The notes under the pieces are model-generated. The model was given only the letters and a program-made list of their open reading frames with translations. It was not told the DNA's origin and did not search any database. Shown piece after piece: positions 1 through 15,310 of a stretch of 64,000 bases of DNA. The stretch's first letter is position 1, and each line of letters starts with the position of its first letter. The stretch is from Eledone cirrhosa. Its lineage: Eukaryota. The stretch is from the NCBI GenBank assembly GCA_964016885.1, contig OZ024741.1:345278001-345342000 (forward strand), in the 5' to 3' direction. A program made the translations under genes and the position numbers.

Positions 1-121
<121 letters not shown>

Positions 122-996
122 TATTTGGCTATGGGCAGAATCTGTTGGCGAAAGTGTTTTTATTGGAAGATGATGTGGAAGTGCTATCACTAATAGTAAC
201 AACAGACATCAATATCATCAGCATCAACAATTCCACCATCATCAGTGTCATGGCATCTTTGTGGCGGCCATCTTCATTCTCATTCTTCTCCTCCACCTCA
301 TTACCATCATAATCATCCTCACTGCAATTATTGAATCAGCCGGTTATGAATTTGCTTCAATTATTCCATGATTATTCTAAAACATTTCATGTGTGCAAGG
401 TGAGGGATTTAACGTTTTCCCGTCTGCATTTCTTCAGATAGAGTCTTTATATATGTTGTGTGGTGTGGTGAGGTGTAATAGTATAGTGGTTAGAGTCGTG
501 TAGCTTTAGATGGAGGAGAAGTGTGAGTTATAGTTTCATGAGAGCAGTTTTATCAAAGAAATCTAATTAAAAATGAGAGACAAAGTAATCGTTGCAAATA
601 TTATTGTCGGTGATGATGGTGATGGTAATATTGTTGTTGTTGATGTTGTCCTTGTTGTTGGGCTTCATGTTAGCCCTGATCGAGTAAATCTATTGTTAGT
701 ATGGTGATATTTGAAGGGATCATTCGGCTGATGTTTCTAGCACTTTGTTCTTGTTGTTGCAGTTGCAGTGGTTCTTGTTGTTCCCGTTAAAGACAGTCGT
801 TTATGAAATGATTTTATTTCAGTAGTTTTTTTTTAAATATTATTTCTGCTTTTCTCCCTTTTCATTTCTAATGTTTCCAGTCATCTGTAATTAAAAAAAA
901 GGAAGAGAAATTAAATAAAGAAAAAAAAAAAAATGAATGCTATTATGAAACAGGGAGGAAATTAACGATGAGAAAATGTTGTTATTGTTGTTGTAA

Positions 997-1222
997 GGGT
1001 GGTGGATTGCCAGTATCGGTAAAGAGTCGGACGCCATGCTTTGCAGCATAGAGTTACGCCCCTTTACAGTCTGAGTTCAAATCCCGCCGAGGTTAACGTT
1101 GCCTTTCATCCTTACGGGGTTGATAAAATAAAGCACCACTAATGCACTGAGGTAGATTTAATCGACTTTCCCCTCCCCTTAAAAAAATTGCTGGCCTTGT
1201 GCCTAAAAGTAGAAACAATTAT
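997..1222 (+). mobile_element. SINE of the dispersed cephalopod-type family
   Basis: GAGTTCAAATCCC B-box-like motif and the core CCTTTCATCCTTACGGGGT(T/C)GATAAAATAAAG. About 12 copies occur in the window, including 10680-10868, 38795-38898, 40196-40378, 52360-52563, 54215-54360, 55990-56332, 58455-58607 and 63437-63620. Confidence 0.85.
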
Positions 1223-2784
1223 TGCTGTTGTTATTGTAGAAGTTGTTGTTTCTGCTGCTACTGTTGTTGGTGGTGGCGAATGCACAGTCCAAAAAAGTCT
1301 AGCGATCACATTGAATTCAAAAGAACAGTCAGAGACATAGCAAGCGACATGAATCCTGGTATTATTGCCGGCTTTGCAAAGCAATACGGACATGTAATAA
1401 GTAATGTAATAACGGGCATCTAATAAGTGCCAAAGTAGTGAGGAATGATATATAATTAAGAGGAGCAATATGGATGTTTAAGTACTAATGACCCCCTCAG
1501 CACCAAAAAAAGGCCATTCCAGAACTATTGTCTACTTCCTTTTATTTCAAGAAGGCAAAATATGTTTTCTATTCTGACATTTAACGTCTTTATATTTTCA
1601 AACATTTCATTTTGATCTTTTTATAAACATTTTCATTGGAATTGTTCATGGGAATTCTCTTTGTTGCCTCGTCTTCACGAGTTTCAACGGAGCACCAGAA
1701 TGGCGGCTAGGTCTCATCCATTTACAGTTGAAGTTCCTGAATGCAATCGCAAATATTCTGAGTTTCTTCCTTCGCACATCTCGCCTATCGAGTTCTCTTC
1801 TGGCTTCTTGCTTTACTAACTACTATAATTTGCTTTCAAACATTCAAAAGCAACATCAATGGTCACCTTCTCCCTCTTAGAATTACGCTTTCTCTACCTT
1901 GTCTTTCTCCCTTCTCAGTAAAACCTTGCCTTCTAGGGACTTTATTGTTTTGCTTGGGATGAGCAACAAAAAAGATTTTTAAAGTTCTCTAATGTAGCTT
2001 TTGGTATTGAAGTAGCAGAAATAGGTGTCCCAGCAGGAGCAAATAACCCCGCCTTTCTCAGCTAAAATATTGTGGAAATAATATTAGTTTTAAGCATATA
2101 TCTACGTATATATAAGCAATAAAATGATTAAAATGTATAGGCAATGGAGAATTTCAATTATTGTTGAAATATTGACGGTCAACAAACAACTAAATGATAA
2201 AGTTACACAGTGATGTGTATATAAAAAATGTATATAAAATAGACATTATATTATATATTGAGTGAGGAAGTGAAAAATCAATTATGATATCAAACGTTGT
2301 CAAAGTACCCTCATGTCATTAAGTTTCGTAAACAATCAAGGTGAAGGTCCAACTTCATATTTTGCTGTTGCCTCAGATAACTCAATACAATTGGTTTGTT
2401 AATGAAAAAGTGGTTTGATTATTCATAAGGTTTTCAACAACAGAAATAAGTAGAGTAAGAATGAATGCAGAAACATAAGAAACATTAGAATGCGATCACA
2501 ACAACGAACAACAGATTACCTTAGCAGCGATGATGGAAGTGATATAAAATACAGAAAGATGTACAGTATTGTACATATATATATAGGTGCAAAATGTCAG
2601 CGTGTAGTAAACCCGACATATATGGAAGTGAACAATGCTTGAATGTGGCGTTGCATAAGAAAACGTATCACTCACAGAAAGCGGTATAAATAGGGCTTGT
2701 AAGGCTCCCTGTCATAAAAAGGTGAAGAGTTATTCGACTCTCCTGATCAAGTGCAAACAGTTTTCAATCATTTCCTTATACATG

Positions 2785-2971
2785 CAGTGCTGGATTTAGG
2801 TCAAATGAGGCCCTGTGCTAGTTAAGTTAGCTTATTTGGACTCTGAAGGAGGTAAACATTTCGGGTGGGGGGGGGGGGGGGGGGGGGGGGCAGGAAAATG
2901 CCCTTACCCCGTCCTGACTGACGGGGCTCTGTGTTTAAGCACACCTAAGCACAATGGTAAATCCGGCACTG
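2785..2971. mobile_element. hAT-type MITE
   Basis: TIRs CAGTGCTGGATTTA / TAAATCCGGCACTG and an 8-bp TSD TATACATG at 2777-2784 and 2972-2979. Confidence 0.85.
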
Positions 2972-3286
2972 TATACATGAGTCGATCAGAGAGGCGAAAT
3001 TAAGAGTTCTGAGTGTGCCGACAAAAATGAACATCTGGTGGTAGACGTATTGACCTTCGGTCCCCCCCCCACCCACCCACCTCAAACATAAAACAAAACG
3101 AAACACAAACATTAGAAAAAAAAACATTTGTTTTGTTTCAACCCAACGTACACTGCATAAAACACAAAATACACCCACACTAAACACAGGCATATCTAAA
3201 ACAGTACCAACGCCACCACCGCTTTCTCCCTACATTCTAACCAATAAGCCACACGCCTTCATAAGGAATAAACAAATATATATATA

Positions 3287-3476
3287 TAGTGAAATTCCGT
3301 TATAACGAAATTCACGGGGAATAAAAAAAAATCGTTGTAGCGAAAACTTCTTTATAACGAGATCGACCGAGACTAATCGAACGTTTGTTTGTTATTACCT
3401 CGGGGATTGAAAAACATTTCGCTATACTGACTGAAAAATTCGTTATAATGGTATTCGTTATAACGGAATTTTACCG
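3287..3476. mobile_element. Tc1/pogo(Tigger)-type MITE
   Basis: TIRs AGTGAAATTCCGTTATAACGA / TCGTTATAACGGAATTTTACCG flanked by TA, with internal CGTTATAA repeats. Confidence 0.7.
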
Positions 3477-3558
<82 letters not shown>

Positions 3559-4267
3559 AATGGTGTTGGATGCTTAAAGCGTCCGTATGCGGTAGGCCGT
3601 TTGAGTACTCGATGCTCTCACAGAGCAGAGTATAATATCACAAAAAAAAGAGAATCAGTGTTGTGACGAATGGAATTTATTGGACATATTACAATCATTT
3701 CTCTGGGGACAGAGTCAGGAAAAGAGTCAGGACCCCGACGGCTGAGCTCCGGCCGTTTCGACAGCTAGATCCGAACTATATAGATATCCGAACTTCTTAG
3801 ATAAATTGATCATATGAACATACAACTTCGATCCAAATTGGCATCATATTTCCAGGCCTTCAACATCGCACCCCAGCGCAACCCCCCTGCATTAGGTATA
3901 CCTGTGTGCAGTGTTTAACGACATTACCAACAGTATGTTATTTTCCCACCTAAACAAGGCATCATTTATACTGAATTGACCAACCCCGCATAAGTTAATT
4001 TTTTTAAATAACATTTTTCCCCCATAGCTGGTATTGGTCAAAAATAATGCAGTAAGATTCAACGGGCACCGGGTAATTACCTCCCTTACCGAGTTATATC
4101 CCTTTCACCTGTAACAATACCTATACCATCTACAATCACAATGCATAGAGATGTGATGTTATTATACCCTATCGGAGTTTTATAATTAAGGACCTAGCCA
4201 TCTGAACATCTGCCTCCGACGAGTCCCCCTTATGGTTTTATAAATATAGTTTCCATTTATTAATATC

Positions 4268-4319
<52 letters not shown>

Positions 4320-4485
4320 AGATTCAGGATACCGACGGCTGAGCTCCGGCCGTTTCGACAGCTAAATCTGTTCGGATCTTGCTGTCGAAACGGCGGGATC
4401 CTGAATCTTTTCATATTATACACTCTACTACCCCAATTATCGAGTACTCTCGTGGGTTATGGTCTAGCTGGGTTTTTTTTACCAC

Positions 4486-4575
<90 letters not shown>

Positions 4576-4811
4576 GAGAGCTTTAATATAGATGAGATTC
4601 TACAGGACTAGAACTGTTTCATTCTTTAGAAATCATTAGGAATCTGGGTATCAAAAAATAAGTATGGTATTTATAGATCTCTTCAGTTGGTAGGAGAGGG
4701 TAGGGAATGGGATGGGTGTAGGTCATTGGTTGATAGAAAAGGGAATTCATTAAAAGCTAATTCTTCAAAGCTATAGTTTATTTTTATAGTTTATTTTACT
4801 TAAATGCCGAA

Positions 4812-6666
4812 TTGCGGAATATAAAAAAATCCCCTAATCTTTATGTCTCCTCCGATAAAACCAAAAACGTTTATGAGGTAGACCCACAGACCTACAATAA
4901 GCTGGCAAAAAATGTCATCACGACCACCTACAAAAAGGTAATAGAGATGGCATTGACTGAGACAAACGCGGCCGGAAAAGAAATCGCGAAGTCCCTTAAA
5001 TTACACGACCGAACCGAACCTTTAAGGGTAAAGATCCCGCACTTTACCCTGAAGGACCATAAGGGAAACTTCCTCAACATCAGTCAGACTTATCAACCCC
5101 ACTCGTTCAGACATCGGCTCTATTAGTAAGAAGATCCTGGATAGAGTTCTACCATCATTGCGGGCTGCCTCACCACTCCCACTCTGGAGCAGAACATCTG
5201 AGGCAATATCCTGGTTCCAAGAATTACCCGACAAACACCACACTCGATTCCTGCAACTCGACATAGAAAACTACTATGCCTCTATCTCGGAGCCCCTCCT
5301 GAAGGACGCAATTAACTTTGCCAGGAACTTTACCACCATTACCGATGCTGAGAAAGTTGTTATCCTCCATGCCCGTAAGACCTTTCTATACCACGATGGA
5401 TCTTACTGGATCAACAAGAAATCTCAGACCCCATTTGACGTTAACATGGGAGCGAGTGACTCGGCTGAAATTAGCGACCTTGTGGGCCTGTACATCCTAC
5501 ATCTCCTGAAGAACCTCTTTACCGACCTAACCGGAGGTTTATACCGAGACGACGGCCTCTTCGCCCTGCACAAGGTTAACCCCAGGACCACCGATGGGTT
5601 TCGGAAAAACTGAAGCTCGTTCTTCTCTAACCTAGGATTTAGTATAACTACAGAATCTAATTTGACTAGGGCCAACTTCTTAGATGTCACTCTCGACCTA
5701 GATACTTCCCTCTATTACCCGTACCACAAACCTAACGAGTCCCTTAGATATATTAATGTTAATTCAACCCCCCCCCCCCCCAAAAAAAAAACATCACTGA
5801 TAACCTAGTAAAAAGCGTCTCTATTAGAATATCTGGCCTCTCCGCCAACAAAGATATTTTTAACGCCTCTGCCTCCTACTACAATGACGCCCTCGCTCGC
5901 AGTGGATTTAAAGAAAAGATTACATACCTAGAAACCACCGCAAGATTGCAGAGGAGGAATAGGCATAGGCAGATTAGCTGGTACAACCCTCCCTTCAATA
6001 GAGAGGTCTCTACACCGATAGCTAGGATTTTCTTCACTTTGCTGAAAATACACTTTCCCATACAACATAGGTACCACACCATCTTTAATAAGAACACAAT
6101 AAGACTCTTTTACTCCACCACACCTAACCTAGCTAGGAATATAGCCAACCACAATTCTAAAAAATTAAATAAGCCAACCACCTCCGAACCCAATCCCCGG
6201 ACTGGGGCCTTGTGTAATTGCCTAAATAAAGAAGCATGCCCACTTGAAAACAAATGCCTCACAAATGATATCGTATACAAATGCGATGTCATCTCAGGCA
6301 CCGATGATTGCAATAACAAAAAAACTTACATCGGCATGACTTCCAATAATTTTAAGACCCGTTGGTATGCCCATACCCACTCCTTCAGAAGACCGGACAA
6401 ATCAAACCAGACAACACTCGCCTCCTATGTTTGGGACCTCAAAAGGAACTCCACCCCCCTTCACGCTTAAATGGAAAATACTCCAGAAAGCGCGCTCTTA
6501 CTACGGAGGACACAAGGGCTGCGACCTTTGTATCTCAGAGAGCTACGAAATTTTATTCGCCAAGGGCCCGCTACTGAACAAACTCTCTGAACACTGCCCG
6601 AACTGCATGCACAAGAACTTTGCAACTTTCAAATACTTTAAGCCAGTGTTAAAGCCCGATGGCTAA
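4812..6666 (+). pseudogene. Frameshifted PLE reverse transcriptase + GIY-YIG endonuclease
   Basis: Motifs LQLDIENYY, MGASDSAEISDLVG, GLYRDDG, NFLDVTLDL, WYNPPF, CNC..CPL..CL, IVYKC...TYIG, CDLC and CMH, split over several frames. Confidence 0.92.
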
Positions 6667-6980
6667 AAACGACCACCTCCTTTTAGCCCCTATACCTCCT
6701 TCCCACCCTACCCCCACCCCTCCTCAACCTGAAATACGGCCACTATGGTTATGTGAGTACCTCTTACCTATCTGCATTTTCTGCCAATAGAGCTGTTTTT
6801 ATGTGCCTGTGAATATGCGTATATTTATTGAGTACTTATTTATTTGTATGTGTATATATGTATATGTGTGTGTGTGTGTGCGCGCGCGCGCGTATATGTG
6901 TGTATGTGTTTGTGCGGTTCTCTCTGTGTGTGTAATTATTTATTTATATATGTGTGTATGTGTGTATATATGTGTATATA

Positions 6981-7013
<33 letters not shown>

Positions 7014-7034
7014 GTGTGTATATGTATGTGTATG

Positions 7035-7065
<31 letters not shown>

Positions 7066-7081
7066 TATGTATATATATATA

Positions 7082-7136
<55 letters not shown>

Positions 7137-7185
7137 GTGTGTGTATGTGTATATATGTGTGTGTATATGTATGTGTGTGTATATG

Positions 7186-7501
<316 letters not shown>

Positions 7502-7540
7502 GTATATATATATATATATATATGTGTATGTATATATATA

Positions 7541-7621
<81 letters not shown>

Positions 7622-7696
7622 ATGTGTATGTATGTGTGTATGTATATATATGTGTATATATATGTGTGTATATGTGTGTATATGTATGTGTGTGTA

Positions 7697-7779
<83 letters not shown>

Positions 7780-8056
7780 ATATATATATATATGTATGCG
7801 TACATATATATATGTGCACATGTATGTGTGTATGTATGTATGTATATATATGTGTGTATGTGTGTATATGTAGGTGTATGTATGTATGTGTGTGGGTGTG
7901 GGTGTGTATATATATATATATATATATATGTATATGTATGTGTGTAAGTGTGTACGTATGTTTGTGTATATTTGTGGGTGTGTATATACATATATATATA
8001 TATGTGTGTGTATGTGTATGTGTGTGTATGTATGTATGTATATATATATATATGTA

Positions 8057-8095
<39 letters not shown>

Positions 8096-8112
8096 ATGTA
8101 TATATATGTATA

Positions 8113-8187
<75 letters not shown>

Positions 8188-8225
8188 CCACACACATACA
8201 TACATACACCTACATATACACACAT

Positions 8226-8271
<46 letters not shown>

Positions 8272-8297
8272 ATATGTATATATATATATATGTATAT

Positions 8298-8338
<41 letters not shown>

Positions 8339-8428
8339 TGTGTATGTGTATATATATATGTGTGTGTGTGTATATATATATATGTATATGTGTATGTGTG
8401 TTTATGTGTGTATGTATATGTATATATG

Positions 8429-8492
<64 letters not shown>

Positions 8493-8971
8493 GGTGTATG
8501 TGGGTGCGCGCGAGTGTGTGAGTGGGTGTGTTTGTGAACGTGTCTGTTGATTTTTGGCATATAATTGAATAGTTTAAGAGAAATTTGAAGATAATTGTAT
8601 GATATGCACTCAATATTTTGAATTGGTCTACAGAATTCTCTAGGCCTTTGTCACTTAGTAGAACCTTAAAGAATTTAGCTCTTAAAGAATCTCCCTTTTC
8701 TTTAAATCCATCAACCATGACTGACCCCCAATGATCTTATAGACACCTGTTAGCTTAAGAGAAACTTAAAAATAAGGATTGGCACCCCATTCTGAACTTG
8801 TTTATAGAATTCTTTCTGCCTTTGTTACTCTAAATATAAATTATAGCTTTGAAGAATTAGCTTTTAATGAATTCCCTTTTCTATCAACCAATGACCTACA
8901 CCCATCCCACTCCCTACCCTCTTCTACCACCTGAAGAGACCTATAAATACTATACTTATTTTTTGATACCC

Positions 8972-9022
8972 AGATTCCTGATGATTTCTAAAGAATGAAA
9001 CAGTTCTAGTCCTGTAGAATCT
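8972..9022 (+). ncRNA. Type I hammerhead ribozyme (family A)
   Basis: AGATTC-CTGATGA-tttctaaagaat-GAAACAG-ttctagtc-CTGTA-GAATCT. Helix I covaries in the copy at 47005-47053 (GCTTC/GAAGC). Confidence 0.85.
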
Positions 9023-9629
9023 CATCTATATTAAAACTTTTATACTCTGCAATGTATTGAGTACCTTACTTACTGTGGTTACCTCCGATTCAACCCGGAT
9101 TAACGTACCTATATATATATATATATATATATACATACATATACATACATACATACATACATACATACATACATACATACATACATACATACATACATAC
9201 ATACACACATACATACATACATACATACATATAAAACGCATAGTCTTATTCATGTATATATATGTGTGTGTGTGTGCGTTTTCTAGATAAACTGAAAAAC
9301 GCATTCGAAAGAATCCTCACGGTTGGAACTCCTTTGAATATATGTGTTTTCGGTCAGGGAAGACCTGTTTGCTGAATACAATAGCCATAACAACAGAATC
9401 AAAATCCATAAATAATATCTTCTTATGTAACATTAATCTTGTGTTGATACATAGCATATAAATACATCATAAAATCCAGGATTAACATATAATATTGAGG
9501 TTAATCTCTTCAAATCCTCACATTCTTTTTCCTAACACTCTTGTCCATGAACATTCTCTGTAGTAAGCGTGTAACCACTGCAATAGGTCTTTTCTGTATT
9601 CTTTTTGCTGTTTCGACTTTGTATATATA

Positions 9630-10677
<1,048 letters not shown>

Positions 10678-11024
10678 CAATAATTGTTTCTACTTCTGGC
10701 ACAAGGCCAACAATTACCCAGTGCATTACTGGTACTTTATTTTATCGACCCCGTAAGGATGAAAGGCAAAGTTAACCTTGGCGGGATTTGAACTCAGAAT
10801 GGCAAGGGGCGTAACGCTATGCGTCAAAGCATAGTGTCCGACTCTCTACCGATACTGCCAATCCGCACAGATACATGTGAATACATACATATACATGCAT
10901 ATATACACATATATCTTTAACAAGTATGTGAGATTGTGTGTTACCAACATTAACCGGTGTTGCTCTATGATTAAGAGAGACAAAATAATCGGAATAATTA
11001 AATTGACTCTAAATCAGAGCTATG

Positions 11025-11519
11025 TAATACATCATAAAGAAAGAAGAAACATGAGACATAAATAAATAAGTACCTATTTTTTATTCAAATTCTCAACTGT
11101 ACAGTTTCGTGGCTACTTTGCAAAAATCCTATATCATAGAGATGTAGCATTTTTGTGAGGTTTGTCAAGTTATCAAGAGAATACCTCATTTAAAGTTTCA
11201 AAACAGGTCTGCACCGCGCGAAAGAGCCATTCGTGGCATTTTTCGTTGCTACAAGGGATTTAGCTCCGTTTCTTGACCGCTGTATCACGTGATAGGTCCC
11301 CCTCCGCCTTCCCAGGATTCTTTCGCTCGGTGCAGACCTGTTTTGAAACTTTAAATGAGGTATTCTCTTGATAAGTTGGCAAACGTCACAAAAATGCTAC
11401 ATCTCTATGATATAGGATTTTTGCAAAGTAGCCACGAAACTGTACAGTCGTGAATTTGTAGAAAAAATAGGTACTTATTTATTTATGTCTCATGTTTCTT
11501 CTTTCTTTATAATGTATTA
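11025..11519. mobile_element. Inverted-repeat pLTR-like insertion with variant HHRs (11089-11182 minus, 11362-11455 plus)
   Basis: Diverged arms of about 200 bp around a spacer of about 90 bp. The HHR reads ATTCTC-TTGATAA-61 nt stem-GAAACTGTACAGTC. Confidence 0.75.
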
Positions 11520-11534
11520 TATATATATATATAT

Positions 11535-12572
11535 ATTTCGTTTCTGAATTTGTGACACAAATGGGACCTGCCCCTTGTATAGGAGCAAATTTTGGAATAG
11601 AATAGAAAGAACTAGGAATAAGGCTAATAGAATAAACTCATGGTATGATAGCAATAAATACCAGAGTGTAATGTTCATCGATACAACCACTAGAGGTGAA
11701 TTAGCTTACAAATTTAGAAGGGCCCTAGATAAACATAAACTCAATATAGTAGAAAGACCAGGTACCTCCATAAAAACACTTATTAGCAAGACATACCCTT
11801 TTCAAAGACCTCCCTGTATAGATAAGAAATGTATAATCTGTAAATTAAGCCCCCATATTAACTGTAAAACTAGAAATGTAGTATATAGCATAAGATGTAC
11901 TGAAGGACAATGTAGAGATAAAAATATAGTGTACATAGGTGAGACAGCTCGTAGTATAGGAGAACGGATAAATGAACACCTTCAAGATAGTAAAGAATCA
12001 TCTGTACTCTACCAACATGCTAAAATAGAACATAAGGGTAAATTAGAGAACATAGAAATAAAAATAGAATCTACACACAGAAAAGACGCAATGTTTAGAC
12101 AAATCACAGAGGCAATAAACATAAATGAACTCCAACCAAAATTAAATAGAAAACATGAGTGGAACAGCAACATCACAACTTACAATTAAGGACAAAATGA
12201 AAACACACACGCACATAGAACAAACAACCAACCAATAACATGTAAATAAACAAATAAATAAACGAATATAAACACACACAGACACCCGGATGTAACACAT
12301 GCGCAAACTAAGCACACAACACACACACAAAAACAAGATGGCGTAGGACAGAACAGAGGAAAGGTACAAAAAACAAAGAAAAGAACCCCCAGTCACTGAA
12401 GAGGTCACAGAATGTGTGACGAAAGAACTTTGACAATACATAAACAACCATCTGGTTGTGGAACCAACTAACCAACCGGAAATTTATAAATTTATTATAA
12501 TAAATTGAAGTGAAAGCAACTGATGCGTGTGTTTCTTATTGGCAACATGACCCTCCCAAAGTATAACAATAT
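11535..12572 (+). mobile_element. PLE family B 3' fragment (GIY-YIG EN plus pLTR with HHR at 12392-12434)
   Basis: ORF 11575-12189 has C..C..C, NVVYSIRC, VYIGETARSIGERINEH, RQITEA and LNRKHEW. The HHR reads GTCA-CTGAAGA-ggtcacagaatgtgtgac-GAAAGAACTT-TGAC. Confidence 0.88.
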
Positions 12573-12594
12573 ATATATGTGTGTGTGTGTGTGT

Positions 12595-12649
<55 letters not shown>

Positions 12650-12650
12650 C

Positions 12651-12692
<42 letters not shown>

Positions 12693-12702
12693 ATATATAT
12701 AC

Positions 12703-12747
<45 letters not shown>

Positions 12748-12778
12748 CATATATATATATATACATATATATATACAA

Positions 12779-12828
<50 letters not shown>

Positions 12829-12829
<1 letters not shown>

Positions 12830-14479
12830 AACAGGAAAAATGAAACGAAATTTCATTTCCCACTCTTAGTACGGCTGTTACTTAAATATAAGTAAGTACA
12901 CGTACATACATATATGTATACAGACATACAGTAGTATGTATATATATATACATACATGCACACATATATATTTGTACGTATGGATTCACCCAACATTTAT
13001 TATAATGTCCGGAGTGTTTGTAAACAAACATCCCGTATTAAGCCGTAGTGTCCAGCAACCATCGTTGCTCGTTTGTTCAACACTGACAAAGGAACGCTGT
13101 ACTAGTTTCAAGCTTATTAGCTATCATCAGCAACGTATACCTTCCTGCCAGATTGTTGAACGTATATACTTACCTTATGCATATTAACGGCTGAGTAGCC
13201 CAATTTGCATATCGAGTGGGTTAATCGGCCGGGTGCACCGAATACGATAAACAGGAAAAATGAAACGAAATTTCATTTCCCACTCTTAGTACGGCTGTTA
13301 CTTAAATATAAGTATGTACACGTACATACATATATGTATACAGACATACAGTAGTATGTATATATATATACATACATGCACACATATATATTTGTACGTA
13401 TGGATTCACCCAACATTTATTATAATGTCCGGAGTGTTTGTAAACAAACATCCCGTATTAAGCCGTAGTGTCCAGCAACCATCGTTGCTCGTTTGTTCAA
13501 CACTGACAAAGGAACGCTGTACTAGTTTCAAGCTTATTAGCTATCATCAGCAACGTATACCTTCCTGCCAGATTGTTGAACGTATATACTTACCTTATGC
13601 ATATTAACGGCTGAGTAGTCCAATTTGCATATCGAGTGGGTTAATCGGCCGGGTGCACCGAATACGATAAACAGGAAAAATGAAACGAAATTTCATTTCC
13701 CACTCTTAGTACGGCTGTTACTTAAATATAAGTATGTACACGTACATACATATATGTATACAGACATACAGTAGTATGTATATATATATACATACATGCA
13801 CACATATATATATATATATGTACGTATGGATTCACCGAACATTTATTATAATGCTCGGAGTGTTTGTAAACAAACATCCCGTATTAAGCCGTAGTGTCCA
13901 GCAACCATCGTTGCTCGTTTGTTCAACACTGACAAAGGAACGCTGTACTAGTTTCAAGCTTATTAGCTATCATCAGCAACGTATACCTTCCTGCCAGATT
14001 GTTGAACGTATATACTTACCTTATGCATATTAACGGCTGAGTAGCCCAATTTGCATATCGAGTGGGTTAATCGGCCGGGTGCAGCGAATACGATAAACAG
14101 GAAAAATGAAACGAAATTTCATTTCCCACTCTTAGTACGGCTGTTACTTAAATATAAGTATGTACACGTACATACATATATGTTACTCAGCCGCTAATAT
14201 GCATAAGGTAAGTATATACATTCAACAATCTGGCAGGAAGGTATACGTTGCTGATGATAGCTAATAAGCTTGAAACTAGTATAGCGTTCCTTTGTCAGTG
14301 TTGAACAAACGAGCAACGATGGTTGCTGGACACTACGGCTTAATACAGGATGTTTGTTTACAAACACTCCGAGCATTATAATAAATGTTCGGTGAATCCA
14401 TACGTACATATATATATGTGTGCATGTATGTATATATATTTACATACTACTGTATGTCTGTATACATATATGTATGTAC

Positions 14480-14487
<8 letters not shown>
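12829..14487 (-). repeat. Tandem 420-bp hammerhead repeat array (retrozyme-like): about 3.2 units plus an inverted partial unit
   Basis: Units start at about 12829, 13249, 13669 and 14095, and an inverted copy spans 14184-14487. There is one HHR per full unit and no credible ORF. Confidence 0.9.
13094..13136 (-). ncRNA. Minimal type I hammerhead ribozyme (also 13514-13556 and 13940-13982 minus; 14245-14287 plus)
   Basis: ACGTTG-CTGATGA-tagctaataagctt-GAAACTAGTA-CAGCGT, with a palindromic ACTAGT helix III. Confidence 0.88.
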
Positions 14488-14519
<32 letters not shown>

Positions 14520-14790
14520 TAACAAGGTATCGTTTAAGGTAATCCAGCTAGAGGTTATGAGTACTGTGTCGAGGATAGTTTTAACGTACGGCGTTGTTTG
14601 ACTCAACAAGAAGCTTCCTTAGTCGGGTGGCCGATTTAAGAAAGTTCCTATGAAGGCGGTTCTTGGAGTAATAATAGTAAAAGAATGAAAAATAACATGG
14701 TCGACTGCACACACCGGACTAATGAAACAATTAACACTGTAAATAAACCCTATCGTACAGCCGACGATGTTATTCTTTATTCTTTTGCCA

Positions 14791-14869
<79 letters not shown>

Positions 14870-15063
14870 TGATGAATAATTTGGGTATAATACCAGTTGC
14901 TTACCAAATGCAAAGAAACTCGATATATTAACCATTTAGGGAAGAATGCAGAGCATAAATTTTCAAAAATTTATTGACAACCAAATAAGTTCTTCAAATC
15001 ATTTTATAAAATGATTTGAAGAACCCCTTTTGGTTGTCAAAACATCTTATATAAATATATATA

Positions 15064-15094
<31 letters not shown>

Positions 15095-15310
15095 GCATTG
15101 CTATGTATTGAGTACTTTACTTACTGTGTTACACCCGATTGAACCCGGGATAAACATATATATATATATATATATATATAACGAAGGAAGAGTGGTAAGG
15201 TACCAGATGGACCATAACGCACGCTGAAAATTTTAATTTAGTCCAGAAATAGCTGTCGAAACGGCTTGAGCTCTGCCGTCGGGGTCTAACATTTTCCTAT
15301 ATATATATAT

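Noticed and set aside
780-900. Minus-strand splice acceptor (TTTTAATTACAG) as a terminal host exon
   Set aside because: Only a few codons follow and no partner exons were found.
4595-4645. HHR in the inverted pLTR as an active ribozyme
   Set aside because: The core reads CTAATGA (G5A), which is expected to be inactive.
5611-5613. In-frame TGA in the Naiad-like RT as a possible selenocysteine codon
   Set aside because: It aligns to a hydrophobic, non-Cys position in the paralogues, and the copy has other frameshifts. No SECIS was recognised, so a nonsense mutation is more likely.
12936-14033. Repeated 83-99 aa ORFs in the 420-bp units
   Set aside because: They start in microsatellite, lie antisense to the HHR and have no recognisable domain.
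12829-14183. CRISPR-like array
   Set aside because: The units are wholly identical long repeats with no unique spacers, and the context is eukaryotic.
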